Positions 51,176 through 64,000 of a stretch of 64,000 bases of DNA are shown here, piece by piece (positions within the stretch are counted from its first letter, which is position 1; every line of letters begins with the position of its first letter). Made by a program: the position numbers and the translations under genes. The notes below the pieces were generated by a model. It was not told the origin of the DNA. It saw only the letters and a list, made by a program, of their open reading frames with translations, and ran no database searches. Location: positions 3,100,001 through 3,164,000 of the forward strand of contig JBLDXI010000019.1 in the NCBI GenBank assembly GCA_047495785.1, given 5' to 3'. Origin of the DNA: Lepidodermella squamata. Lineage: Eukaryota > Animalia > Gastrotricha.

Positions 51176-52610
51176 AGCTGAATTCAAAGGTATTCTTTCG
51201 TTGGCGTCGAATCGGCCATTCTAACTTCATCAGCTACGAACTATGGCTTAATTTGAGTAAAACCTCCGTTGGCTCTGTTGACAGATTGTTTAATAAATTG
51301 CTTTACAACTGACAAAGATATATTTTCAACTCATAAGCGACATGATTCATCCGTTCAAAAATAGTGTTCTTTTCAAACTATCCATAATCTTGGTGAATGG
51401 TAAAATTAATCGACCTTTACCGCCAGTTAGGAGCTTGAACCATCCCGGACCTATGAATAAGGAATATGTGTTAACGCACTCATTTTTGTATATTCTCAAC
51501 TTAATTCAAGTTTCTGTTCCATCAATCTGGAATCTGGACTTCCCGACGACGTCTGTCACGAAATGCGAGGCACGTATATTTTGACGCAACTAAGTTAATT
51601 ATACCTCATTACTAAACGGATGACAGCTGGGAGTGCCACTCAAATACAGTAATTTTTTTGTTCCCAACAATCTCTTTAGAGGTTCTAAAATTCCAAACAA
51701 GCAGAAAAAGTCTGCTGCGAGTCCGAGCTCCATGAAACAAAGAGTGTGACGAATTAATTGATTGAATTATTTGCCGTGTTCAAGGAGACGTCGAGGGGAT
51801 CGCCGTTTCGAAATGCTTCAATAAACGAGCTGTCAATAACCGAATGATGTAACAATTCTTAAGGAACTGTCAGCCTCCAATTGACACATTTCTTCATAAT
51901 TCCCATCTATTCTCATCAGGTTTCAAATTATTTTTTAATCATTCTCGAATGCGCGATCTGGCTTTTCGCTCGTAATTAATGAGTATTTCGAAAATAAATA
52001 GATGAAAGCTTAAGTCGGATAAAAACGAGCGGATAGACGGAATCAGCTATTTTTCGCTCTCATTGTGCTATGTTTAGTGATAATTACTATTATTTGCTCT
52101 CATAGCCGAGCGGTACTCAAACTTTTTAGCCAGAGGACCGAAGTTATGATCCGCGATTACACGGCCGCGGGTAACAAGCCGAATAATAGCGTCTAACAAG
52201 CGTATAATCGCTGCCCTTCCTATCGCGAGCCTCCTCAACAGCCAATAATTAGGAAAACTCGCTGAAGAATTTCGCAAAGGACCCAGAAAGCTTGAGTAAT
52301 GCTCTATGTAAAGGTAAACGCTCCTACTTCTGCATAATTTCTGACGACACTTCATTCTTGGATGCACTCTATCATGGCCATCGATGCCAACCAAATGAGC
52401 ATTTAACTAGAAGCCAAAAAATTAACTTGAAAATGAGTGCTCATTTGTCGAACAATTCCTCATCGTTGCGCACAAGTCAAAAATTTAAAATTATGCAAGT
52501 TAGGATACCACCCTCCCCCCTCTTCACGGGGTCCATCTTTCGTGAGAAGCGCAAGCGAGCCAAGCCGAGAAAATTTTAGTTAGAATAGCTGAATTTACTG
52601 GATCAGAGTA

Positions 52611-52756
52611 GGCTTATAATTCTCACTACCTTTGATAACCTGCTTTTTTGAGGACATTGAGGATGAAATTGAGCGAAATTTGAATATAGCGCTCAATCTC
52701 ATCAATCGTTTGCCCTCAAAAAAGCTGGTTATCAAAGGTAGTGAGAATTATAAGCC
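52611..52756. mobile_element. Palindromic MITE
   Basis: GGCTTATAATTCTCACTACCTTTGATAACC.GCTTTTTTGAGG and its reverse complement, with TA on both flanks. Confidence 0.8.
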
Positions 52757-53086
52757 TAATCTCATGCTAAGTTCATGCTAACCGAAAAATTGAAAAACTT
52801 CTAGGGCACTGAACCTACCCGTTGGGGAGACGCTGGTTAGGCGCACGTGCTCATAACTGAGGACAACGTTAAAGCTACAAGTATTGCCTCATCAGGTCGC
52901 AATAGGAAACAGTTGAATGAAATTGATACGACGTAAGGATGTTTACGTGACAACTCACAAAGTCCCTTGATTGTTAACGAGACACTAATTTATACATGGG
53001 TTGTGATTTCAGTTTGCTTATTCATTTGAGCTTGTGACGCTAAAGTTTACAGTAACCATCTGATTTCTCATCAATTAATCACGTTC

Positions 53087-53495
53087 ATGGCTGGCAATAA
53101 TCGTTGTCGATGCGACTTGGCAAAGTCCGTCGTCAAATCGTTGGGACTTCTCATCGTTTCAGTCTGCCTTCTGTACGTGATGTTGGCATTCGTGGCGTCT
53201 TTGATTCAACTATATACAGCAGCGAGTACCAATAATGATACAACAAGCGCAGCAACATATTCTCTTAAAGACGCGTTAAGTAAGGAGACGAACAATTTGC
53301 TAACAGCATCTATTGAATATTAGTGTAGGCGAAACGGTCCCGATTTTGCATGGCCCTCGATCGTTTTCCAACCTGGTTAAGGGAGTTGGCAGGCATCAAT
53401 TAAATCAATGGATACGAGATCGCCCGGATAAATTTCGCTTCAATTCAATGTTTCCTGACTTCAGCAATCTATCTAAACAAGAAACGTTGACATGA
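53087..53495 (+). CDS. CxC-TM small protein family, copy 6 (~119 aa)
   Basis: ORFs 53087-53323 and 53313-53495 are joined in frame by a predicted intron at 53280-53328. Confidence 0.7.
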
Positions 53496-55026
53496 ATCCA
53501 ATGAATCAATGTTGGTTGTGATATCTGCTCAGTCATTATCTCTGTTGATTATTATATTGCATCATACCGCGAACTATTAAATATATATATGTATATATGA
53601 TGTGCATGTATATTCGATTATAAGATGTTAGGTTTCTTGGCAAAAACGATAACATCGCTTATAGCATATATCATGAATTACTCCGGTGAAGGCTTCGGGA
53701 CGGATGGACGTGCATGTGTTTAGTTTTCTCGACTTGGAGCCAACAGCTGAACCTGAGCCTTGGTTAACACGTTTGAGCCAAAGCTGAAAAGGTGTGTGCG
53801 ATATAAAAGGCCCGTCTCATTCTGGTAGACCAGAGAGCGACACGGAAAACGATTAATGTCACGTGTAGACCTGGCTTGCGTTACGACGTCGCTGCCAGAC
53901 TTCGGTGGTGAGAAAAACACATGTAAGATTGCAATCTCTCAAGACATTAGCAGCGACACAGCTAATTTGGAACTCTTTGTCCGAAGCAAATCACTAGTTT
54001 CTTGTTCAAAATGCTTAACAAAATAGTATTTTCTCAGATTAGGAAAGCGAAAAATTCAGTCGAACATTTACCGTCTGGCGGGAATTCACGATGTATACAT
54101 TTTTGGAGCTAGAGGGCAATTGCACACAAAAATACCCGATTACCCGTCAGGATTTTCGTGGCACCGCAGAGGACGGGAAATCGGGGTTCCACTTTATTTA
54201 ATAACAATTCAAAGGACGATTTTGGTTACCGGTGAACATCTGAATTCTAAGGTGTTTGCAAGCTTTATATTATTATTTCCAACATCAGCTTTCGTTTTCG
54301 TCATTTCGCAATTTCTTATGCCAAACATGTTTCCTCGAGTATGCTCTAATTCAGAGCCCTTGCGGAGAATAATTTCATGACTGTTTCTAAAATTAGCTAC
54401 TAAGTGGAGACGGATTGAGACCATATTATCTTTAACGCCGTTGAAAATTGAAAAATTCGGGTTCAGCGTAGGAAACACAAAAAGGACAGCTTGATTAAAG
54501 CTGTACTGAAACGCGATGTACCGCAAAAAATGACAACATTAGTAGAAGGTTACGTCAGTAAAAATGTCTGATTTTAGCTTCGCATCGTCAGTTAAGAGGG
54601 AATAAGTGATTGATTGCTATGTGAGGATGTAACTTGTCCTCGTCTCATCTGTCGATCTTCGGAACTTGCAGAGACCCAAGTACGAAAACCTTATTTGTCA
54701 GGCTTAGTAAGTGGCGGGAAATGAACCCATTATGGGCCGAAGGGGTTTCAAATTGGGCCAATCAGTTATGACATTTCTCGGCGGCCATAAATGAATACGA
54801 AGAAATCGGGACTAACGTGGAGAAACACCAAACTAGTTGCTTTATGGTTGTTTTGAGCGGTTCATATTTCAAGGTTGACCTACCACACGTCTGTCCTTTA
54901 AGCTGCATACAGTTGTGCTGACTACTGACGACAGTTTGTTTTCCAATATCAAGTTTTCAATCAATACAATAAGGTGTAGCAAAAGTCTCTGACCTGCAGT
55001 CTAAAATCTCATAATTTATCGTAAGG

Positions 55027-56555
55027 CTAGTGTATTGCAAAAACGTTATCAAGTGGATCCAAGTCGTTTGGTCCTGAAGTAAGAATAGCTTGATTAACAT
55101 GTTTTGTATTGACAGCGTTCGACAGGAATGCAACGACCCAGGGTGCAATCTGATGCAAGCGATATCTACGCCAACGATGCGAACCGACTGAAAGCTGGCA
55201 AAGGTGCGTGTCCTTAATACCAGCCAGAGCTCGAGCGAATCCAGTTAGGATGAAATCATCGAGTTGAGTCCCCAAGGCGGTGACTTTAATGTTTGGCATT
55301 GTCTTGATAAGAGCGTCAACTGAATCACGACCCATGACGTAGATTGCTCCGTTGTAAAAATCCGGAGTTCTGTAACAAATTAATTCGTATTAATACTGAG
55401 TGAAAAATGCCATTCGTACTTCGTGAAAAAATATGCTATGTAGTAAGAAAATAAAAAAATATCATGGGGTTCGACATCACGAGGTCTCTAAAGATTCGAA
55501 AGATCGGAGAAGGTAGGAAAATAGATTGGTTGTAAATCAGGTATTTACTTGTTTGGGGCAAAAACTTCTGGTGAAATGTACCACTTGGAGCCAACATCGC
55601 GATTCGGTTCGCCATACATGCGATTCCCTCCCAGAAACATCTTCTCGTTCTTGTATCGCTCCAACAAAGCTAATAACCGATCAGGAAATACGAAAGTATC
55701 ATCGTCCAGTGAAACCACGAATCTCGCCTTGGAACAAAATTTCCGCGTCCATTGTAAAGCTGACATGCTTTTGTGAGTCAGATTAGCGTAGCAATCAATA
55801 AAATTGTCGCCGATTATCACATCGTTATAGGTCATCGCTTCGCCTATTTGAAGTTCGAAAGTCTCGATAGGATCGCGAATGACCTTAGTTTCAACGTCCG
55901 AAATGGACTTCCAAAATCGATCAAATTTTCGGCGGTAATTATCGATTTTCTTCTCGAGATCGGCATCTTGCCCGCAGAAAATTTCCTGACATTTTTCTTT
56001 GATCTCATTTGTGAACGCCATCGATTTTTCGTCGAAATGAACCTCTCGACTTAGGCCTGAGAAGAATCCGTACCGGAACCGATGCGGCTGACTGGCGATT
56101 TTACGGTTGACTAGCCACGAATTTCGGAGAGCTTGGCGGCGCTGAAAGTTACCAGGCGCTGATTTTATCATGAAAAACACGTCGAAATCTTCGTTTTCGT
56201 CACAAGTATTCGGCCATTCGAATAAGTACTCTGGCGGTTTGACTTCGAAGCAGTTATTGCAACTTGCCGCTAGAGCGATTTGTTTCTCAGATCCAGAGAA
56301 GCCTTCGCGCATTTTTCGGTAAATTTCGTCCTGATAATCGATGTTGTAATGGCGTTTCATAATGTCGATTGTTCCGCAGTCGATGAAACCACCCTGGAAC
56401 ATGAGGTCGTTGTAGTCAGATTGCGGCTCGATCATGTTAGGCTCGATCTCACTTTGGCCAACCATGGAAGTAAGGTAGAGTAGCGATATTGGTGCGGCAA
56501 TCAATGAAACAAAGTAATGGAAAATAAATTTCGAGAATATTCGCCGCCTCATCTC
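55027..56555 (-). CDS. GT31 beta-1,3-glycosyltransferase-like, paralog B
   Basis: Exons ~55549-56555 and 55027-55369. MIKSAPGNFQRRQALRNSW, LDDDTFV, PDFYNGAIYVM, QLDDFILTG. Confidence 0.9.
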
Positions 56556-57214
56556 AGCATCTTCTATCAATTGTGAAAAAACCACGCTTTAAATTCCAAT
56601 AAAAACGATAATTTTGGTTTAATGAAACTTGACGCTGAATGCTGAAGGCTGAACTCATTATTTTGGGGAAAATAAAGCAATAAATCTAGGTTTTTCAAGT
56701 TTAAGTACTATGTTCTACTAGATTTCGACGTAGAAATGTGCGACGTTGATAATTTTAAATGGCTAGCATAGAATCTGTGCTATGATGTGAAACGCTCACA
56801 ATATGGATTGGCTCGGCCATTTGAATTCTCGCCGCTTTTGCGCGGTAGAGTTGAGAGTGAGCCGCTAAAGGAAAAATTATCCTCATGGCATTTCATCGCC
56901 TCTATCGAAGGCTGCTTCTAAATTGACATTAACCAGGGCAATTAAAAACATTCAAAATTGCGACAAGACAGCAGCGTCAATAGGGCAAGCTTTATTTTTG
57001 GCTGTAAATGAAGAAATGTTAAAACGGTTAACCAGGGTTTAGCAATTTACACCATAAATGCAGAGTTTGTGGCTCCAGAAAAGGATTTTTTCGAGTTTAT
57101 TTTTATTCAATCTTCTCGGCGTTACTGAAGTTACTGAAAAATTATTTTATTTCCGAAGTTTCAAGATACTAATTCACAAATAATTCTCTAGCAAAACACA
57201 TTAACAGCTATAAC

Positions 57215-59346
57215 TCAATAAAACGTAAATCCGAACAACGTGTTTCGATTCCGATTTCGAAGATAAGTCCGCTGAACATGGTACGTATTCCTCGGATTCG
57301 ACAAAAAAGCAACCGTATGCGGCTCGATTTGATACGCCCGCTTCGTCGCCCACGGCTGGCAACCAATCGAAAAATTACACAAATGAGTATCCTTAACTCC
57401 ACCTAACGCCCTAGCAAACCCCGTGAAGATAAAATCATCCAATTGAGTCCCTAATAACGTTATATCAATATTTGATAACGACTTCAAAATCACGGGGACA
57501 GTGTCGTTGCCCATGACGTAGATAGCTCCGTTCATAAAATCCGGCACGTGGTCGTAGGGGTATCTCGTCCTGGGTATGTACCACTTCGAAAACGGGTTCC
57601 GATCAGGCTCGCCATACATTCGATTCCCTCCCAGGAATAACGGGGTGTTTTCGTAGTCTTTAACTAGTCTAAGCAGCCGATCGACAAAAACAAAGGTGTC
57701 ATCGTCCATGAGTGCGACGAAGCGTGACGATGAGCAGTAGCGCGTGACCCACTGCAGGGCGGACGTTGATTTGTAGGTCAAATTGCCGTACGCATCTTGG
57801 AAGTTGTTGACGATGAGTAGGTCGTCGAATGACAACGCCTCGGCCATCAGCATTTCGTAGGTGAACGGCTGGTTTGTGTCCTGGTCGTGGGTGGATCGCT
57901 CGAATAACGCCCGCCGAAGTTCGAACACTTCGTGCGCGTCCATAGGGTTCCTGCAATGCTAAAATGGCAGATTTAATATTCGGAGTTAATAAAAAACTAA
58001 ATAATGAATCTATGACCAATGCCTTATATGGATTGAAAACTATAAAAGCTCATTTTATAACCAGATTCAGCCTAACAAAAATTTGTAGAATCTTTCGCTT
58101 TTCGGAGGCTTTGATCATAGGCGAGAAACAGCGAAATAGTCTAAAATGACATGCCCCATTAAAATAGCCGGAAAATTCTTAGAAAAGTTAAAGTTTCAAA
58201 TTTCGAAAAAATAGAAATCAGGAATGTGGGATTAAAAATTTGATAAATACCAGAAATATCACACTTGTTACCATTTTTTCGTATTTTTCCGGTAAATTTT
58301 ATGAAATCTAAAACCTAAAAATTTAGCAGGATTTTCTTCATGGGACAGGCTGAAGGTTCGAGTCCCAAAAATATTCATCCTTAACTTTGAAAATGTGAAG
58401 GGAGTTGCCGGAAACTTCGATTTATCGATTTTTACGATTGGGTGTTGGAATAATTCTGGTCTACATCAATCAATCAATGTTACAAAATGTTCATGATTTT
58501 TCTCTGAATTTAAAATTATCTGTATCTCATGGCAATTTTGGCAAGACATTGGTGTGCATGATTTTTGGTTTAAACACTCATAGCCGAAATTTGGTTTTGC
58601 ATAGGTAGTTCATTATATTTTTGAATTTTATGAATTTTTTGTAACTTTGCAAACAATTATAATTTTCAATAAAAATCACTCACATGTGTCGTGCATTTGT
58701 TCAGAAGCCGGTGATAATGCGCCTTTTTCTCCTTCGCCAAGTCAGTTTTCATCTCGCCCAACACGAATAAATACCTAACCTGCGTAACCAAGGACGCTAT
58801 CCACCTGCTTGCCAGCCACACCTGTCGAATAGCCTGGCGCCGTTCATAATTACCCGGCGCACTTTTGATAAGCAGCAACAGGGTGACTCCACGGCCGGCA
58901 CCCGGCTCACACGTGTCCGCCCTCGGGTCGAGAAAGGTCGGCTCGAAGCCAATTTTATTACACCGGTAACACTTGACTGGCTCGACTAGGTCACGCTCAT
59001 TGATTTCGGCTGTCACGCGCCTGGTTTCGTAATAAATTTGATCGCTATAAGTAACGCTGTGTTTGTTCTCGATAATTCGAATCGTTTTACAATCGACGAA
59101 ACCGCCGCGGAAAACTGGTCCGATGATTTCGTCCTGCATAGGGATGATATTTGGCAGGAGGAGTTTTTCGATGAAAAACCACCCGAGTGTAACTGTCGCT
59201 GAGGTGAATAAGGTTAAGCCGAGGACACTCGCTATAGCAAGTTTACGACTTCTACGCCGGTTCAAGTGCATTGTTTGAGCGTAATAGGAATGTTGGTTAT
59301 TATGAGAAAATGAATAACCGTAATGCGGCAATTGAGGATGAATCAT
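57215..59346 (-). CDS. GT31 beta-1,3-glycosyltransferase-like, paralog C
   Basis: Exons 58684-59346 (start may be 59271) and 57215-57958 join as KCTTH-HCRNPMD. The same GT31 motifs are present. Confidence 0.9.
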
Positions 59347-59562
59347 GACCGCGCAGGATTGGTGCTTAAATAGTTCGGAAAGCTGAACACATAGTATTTC
59401 TGGGTATACTATTCATAAGAGTTATGGCTATTTTGAAAGAGAAATATGGAAGAGAGAAAAATTCAAAAGATTGACACTTATTTGCGGAAAAGGCTTTTAA
59501 ACTTTAACTATATTTTAGCCAAAAATGCATAGCCGGAACTTCAACTTATATAATATTAATTA

Positions 59563-59659
59563 CCGTAGTTACCGAAATACAAGCCTATGCGGCAACGCTT
59601 TGTCGGCACTTTGATGTTCTTTGTAGTGCTTCTACAGGCTTCTATTTCGGTAACTACGG
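59563..59659. mobile_element. Small MITE with pogo/Tc2-like ends
   Basis: TA-CCGTAGTTACCGAAATACAAGCC ... GGCTTCTATTTCGGTAACTACGG-TA. Confidence 0.8.
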
Positions 59660-61099
59660 TAATTTTTAGCTCGATTCCGGCGGTTTTTATACCAAAATAA
59701 AATCCATACAATTCTTCCTCAAATGACTATGGGTTTTCTCGAGCTTAAAAAATGGAAGAAAAAGTTGAAGTGCGCGCAAAAATTTTAATTTTAATTTTTT
59801 CACGCGATCCAGGGTGCGCACAGTCTTTGCGATTATTTGTGTGATTTTTGATTGTCCAGGTCATTTTCTAGCCTATGCATATTTGAACTCTCTTCCGATA
59901 ATTGATCACACAGCAGCTTAGTGATGTCGGACAGTGATTGATTAGAGAAGACCCAGACGTGCGCACCTGGATGGTACATTTTACCTTTTCTCGGCTGAAA
60001 CATGAGAGCTGAATGATGAGTAATTGAGAAAAAATGCACAATTATTGAAAAAAGCAACTGCTTTACATCGGCGTGGGAAATTTGATATACAATCACATCT
60101 GCACTGGCTTGCAAATGAAAAAATGGGTCACAGTCGTCCCAAATGACTTCAAGTTCAAAGTCATACAATTATTGAAAAAATTAAATTTTTTATTTATTAC
60201 GATTAATTATTTAAAAATCTGATCAATTCATCAGAGAAACTCGAGATCTGTTCAGCTTTCATTACATTTACGTTCAATTCAACAGACTGAAGGAGTAATG
60301 AAAGTTATCCAATAGAAAAAAAATCGATGAATATCAACTATCCTAATTAATCGTGGCTGGAATTGAGATATCATGTGATGCGGCGATTTGAACATGACTT
60401 TTTGCCGAAATGCTGTCGCTCAGACAGCTTCTCGCCACTCGATGTATATCCTTTTACATGCAGGTAATACAAATAACGCACGTCTCATCGCGCTTCCGTT
60501 TCTTTATACTAATCTGAATTATATTTCGCAGCGAAAATTGAAGCGGTTAAATTTAGCGCGAGTTCGATTTCGCGGCGGATTAAATAACGCGCTGCGTGAC
60601 GCGCTATCACTCTCGCTAATAATTAACCGCGGAGACTCGTCTTTAATTCGCCTGATCTGCGTTTCTCATCGCACGCGGGCAGGTGTGTTTTCAGCTGAAT
60701 TTTTCCATATTAGCCTTCTCCCATCATCGGTGCCAAAATTGTACATATCATTCGACTTTTTCAGGATACAGAGTTAGAAGAAATACCCTATCATCTAGTG
60801 CCATGCGATAATAGCATCCATCTTAAATTTCTAATTCCATCTTTAAAATTTCTTAATTTTTCAATATTGCTTTTAATGGTTGTTTGTTTAAAATAAGGTT
60901 AAATAGAATTATTCAGGTACATTTTTCAATAATTAAAAAAAAATATTCAATAATAGCTATAATTTAGGGACATTTTCTTCAAATAATATTAATAATTAAT
61001 TTTTGTAGAATTATTTCAACAATTTAAAAAAATTTGGCAATTTTCTAGATTTTTTGTAAACATAATTTACTGGTTGATTGACCGTTTTTTCGCCGCAAA

Positions 61100-63953
61100 A
61101 TGTCGATGCGGCGTGTTAAACTGCAAAACACAGTCGTTAATCGAAATAGGTCACGTGCGCTGACAAGCCCTAAATTATTGCCATCAACATCGGCGGGTCA
61201 GCACAAGCCGGCCACGTTTTTATTGCCATCAGGTCAAAAGATGCGTAGCAGCAACACGCGACACTCCTCTCTGTGCAATAATTTTAGAGGCAATAATTCA
61301 GCACTTCGAAATAGCAACTGCTCATCATCGCCGGCCTCTGATATTTTCACGTCGACTTTTTTACCGATTTTATCGAATAACTCGAAAAATGAACATTACT
61401 ATCAGCTCAGCTCAAATTCAACGCAAATTATTGCGCCGGCTTTCAAAGCGTCGCTTAACGCGACTTATGACCTGGTTTCGGGGACAGGATTTCTCGATAA
61501 TAATTCTAACAGTACTGATGGCGATGAAACTGGCTTTTACGTCTGGGAGCACGCTTGGGTCATCCCTCTGCTGAGTTTGTTCGCGCTGCTGACCACAGTC
61601 GGCAATGGTTTGGTTGTGATTTCAATACTGAGTGAAAAGGCGCTTCGAACTTCGACGAATTTGTGCCTCGTTTCGCTTGCTGCTGCTGATATGCTTGTTG
61701 GAGCTGTTGTTATGCCGCTAGCAACTTCACAAGAAGTAATTTTCTATATTTTATTCTGAATTTCCAACCTAATGATGATGACTAATTAATTACTTGGCTT
61801 AAAAGCTTGCATCTGCGATTTCAGAGAATTTCTTATTTATTCACATTTATAAGATTAACTTTGAATATTTGAAATTGATTTTCTGAATATTTTTTTCTTT
61901 TTTTCAGTGGTTTCAAGACGAGTGGGTTATTGGAACGTTTTCCTGCAATGTCTATCAAGCGTGTGATGTAATGGCTAGCACATGTTCGATACTCAATCTA
62001 TGCTTAATAAGTCATAATAGGTAAGTCAGATTTTATAACTTTAGTTTCATTAAACGTTTTGTGTTGAACTTCGCGAGCTGAATTGGCCACTGCAACCTAT
62101 ACCAATTTGCAGCTGGGCATGATGCGACTTTTGAGTTACAGAATATTTTCGCTGTTTCATGGGTTGAGAATCAGAGGTTACCTTTTGATCCAATATAGGT
62201 GATAATAAGGAATTATAGGGGATGAAATATGGCGCCTCGATTACATTTTTGTCTGAATTTTAGCGCTTCAGACAAATTGTCTGCCGGGATAACTTATCGC
62301 CATGCTAAATCGATTTATTGATTACCTTCAGCAATCAGCTTTCATCAACAATCATTGATCTGATTTCCCATTTTTAGGTACATGGCTATAGCCAAGCCGT
62401 TGATATACAACACAAGTCATCGGCGCCAAATGTACGTAGCAATGGGCATTGGCGGAACTTGGCTCGTCAGTATTTTAGTCTCTGCACCTCTACTCCTCGG
62501 CATGAACGAAGTTGCAAGCGGCAGCCGGCGAGAGAGGATTTGCGCAATCAACAATGGAACTTACGCCATCTACCTATCAGTTATCACGTTCTTCATACCG
62601 AGCATCGCGATCGCGGTGCAGCATGTTGTAATTTTGCGAGCCCTCAACGAACGGGCGAGTAGGATCCGGTTAAGGGTCTACACCCCTCGGCAGTCGCTTA
62701 TGGTTGGAGGTGCGACGACGGCAGCAGAACATAACCAGGTATTCCTAACGTGAAATTCGTGGAAAAATTAAGATTAGGCTCTAAGCTCGAAATTATAAAG
62801 CTTCAACGCCTGAGCAACGGTTGCCAGGAATATGCATTTTAGCTAATTCTGTTATCACTAAAAGTTGAAGAAAATGGGAATTTATGGCGTGAGAACTTTT
62901 GAGAACTTTGGAAATCAGTGATTGATAACGCTTAGGTATTCCTAGCAACAGCTTCTAAGGAAGGGGCGTCGATAAACTCTCAGAAGATTATACTCCCTGA
63001 GTCCTGAGTCTTGATATCATTGGTTTGATTGGCATACTCACGGTTTGTTCTATAGGCAATCGCCAAAGCCGACTCTCTCCCAACTGATTCGGTTGATAAC
63101 GTGTTCGCAAATCGGCCGGCGAGGCCCCGCCGCTGCCTCGTTAACAATTTCGTGATGAACCACGAAAGCCTTGACGAATTGAGCAACGAAGCTACGACAC
63201 CCATGGCTTCAGGCGATCATTTGAAACCTATTTCCCAACAAAACTCAAAAGCCGGCCTAGCGGGGAAGAAAGACATTTCGATGGATCAACTAACAGTTAG
63301 TTCAACCAACAGCAACAAACGGGCGAATAACAAGGATGCATTGAGTTTGTCCAAATCGTTGAGTTCAGATGACTTATCTTGTGGGAATGTTTCGTCGACT
63401 CATTCGCAAGCTCAGTCTCCTACGGCCGCGGTTCCTTTAGTTCCTGCTCAACCTAAAGTAAAGGCGAAGCTTTTCGTCAAGCAAAATCAAAGTGACCGAA
63501 CGACAACAAGAGTGACCGAAGTAATGCGACGGCATACCACTTTAGGTAATGAAGATTCAGATATCGCCCTTATTTTATGACTAACGTTTTGTTAAAATGA
63601 TCATAGGTCGGGGTCAGTCGATGTTGGAAACCGATGAATCCTCCGTGACAACATCGAGTCGTAACACTGTTACTACAACCATAGTAATGCATATGCCTCG
63701 GCCTGCGTCATTCGTAGCCAGCCAATCCACAGCCAAACGGCAACATATGAGCGAGAGTGCCGTTATTCCGCCTTTGCGAGCATCGCTTCGAGAACGATTA
63801 CAAAACCGTTTTTCCACCCAGTCCTCGCCAGCTAAATATCGAACTAGTGACATCCCTTCAGTCCCGCTTGAGGTCAACATCATAAACCCGAATATTTTCA
63901 ATAATTGTAATGGGCTGCAAAATGGTTCTTATAATTGTGGAAATACAGCTGGA
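61100..63953 (+). CDS. Class A aminergic GPCR, dopamine D2-like; TM1-TM5 and a long ICL3, continues beyond the window end
   Basis: Exons 61100-61735, 61908-62020, 62378-~62738, ~63057-63545 and ~63608-63953. GNGLVV, TNLCLVSLAAADMLVGAVVMP, TM3 CDVMASTCSILNLCLIS-HNRY, TM4 W, TM5 FFIP. Confidence 0.9.
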
Positions 63954-64000
63954 GGTTTGCTAACATAAATTATGGTTTATTTCTCTTATTGGAATTGCTT

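Noticed and set aside
53626-53920. Solo LTR (TG...CA with internal TATAAAA)
   Set aside because: No matching target duplication and no second copy in the window.
59833-60777. ORFs of 111 and 129 aa upstream of the GPCR
   Set aside because: No motifs and non-ATG starts; more likely promoter or repeat DNA.
1-64000. Prokaryotic features (operons, CRISPR arrays, rRNA)
   Set aside because: Spliceosomal introns and animal gene families occur throughout; no repeat-spacer array or rRNA sequence was seen.

Overview
Eukaryotic genomic DNA from a compact, AT-rich animal genome with many ~50-nt GT-AG introns; the species cannot be determined from the sequence. In order: the 5' part of a Cys-loop ligand-gated ion channel split into microexons (-); four intronless copies of a LamG/pentraxin-like lectin plus catalytically dead trypsin-fold gene (+), two of them fused out of frame inside an intron of an intact SLC13 transporter (-) and one co-duplicated with a decayed SLC13 3' half; an EMI-like/cbEGF type I membrane protein (+); two orphan secreted prepropeptide-like genes; three GT31 beta-1,3-glycosyltransferase paralogs (-) that bracket a tandem array of six unrecognised ~110-125 aa CxC-TM small proteins (+); and the 5' part of a D2-like aminergic GPCR with NRY in place of DRY. 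Several MITEs and two tRNA-derived SINEs are also present. The best candidates for undescribed systems are the CxC-TM small-protein array between the GT31 genes and the variable lectin-pseudoprotease family. All gene models were spliced by eye and no database searches were run.
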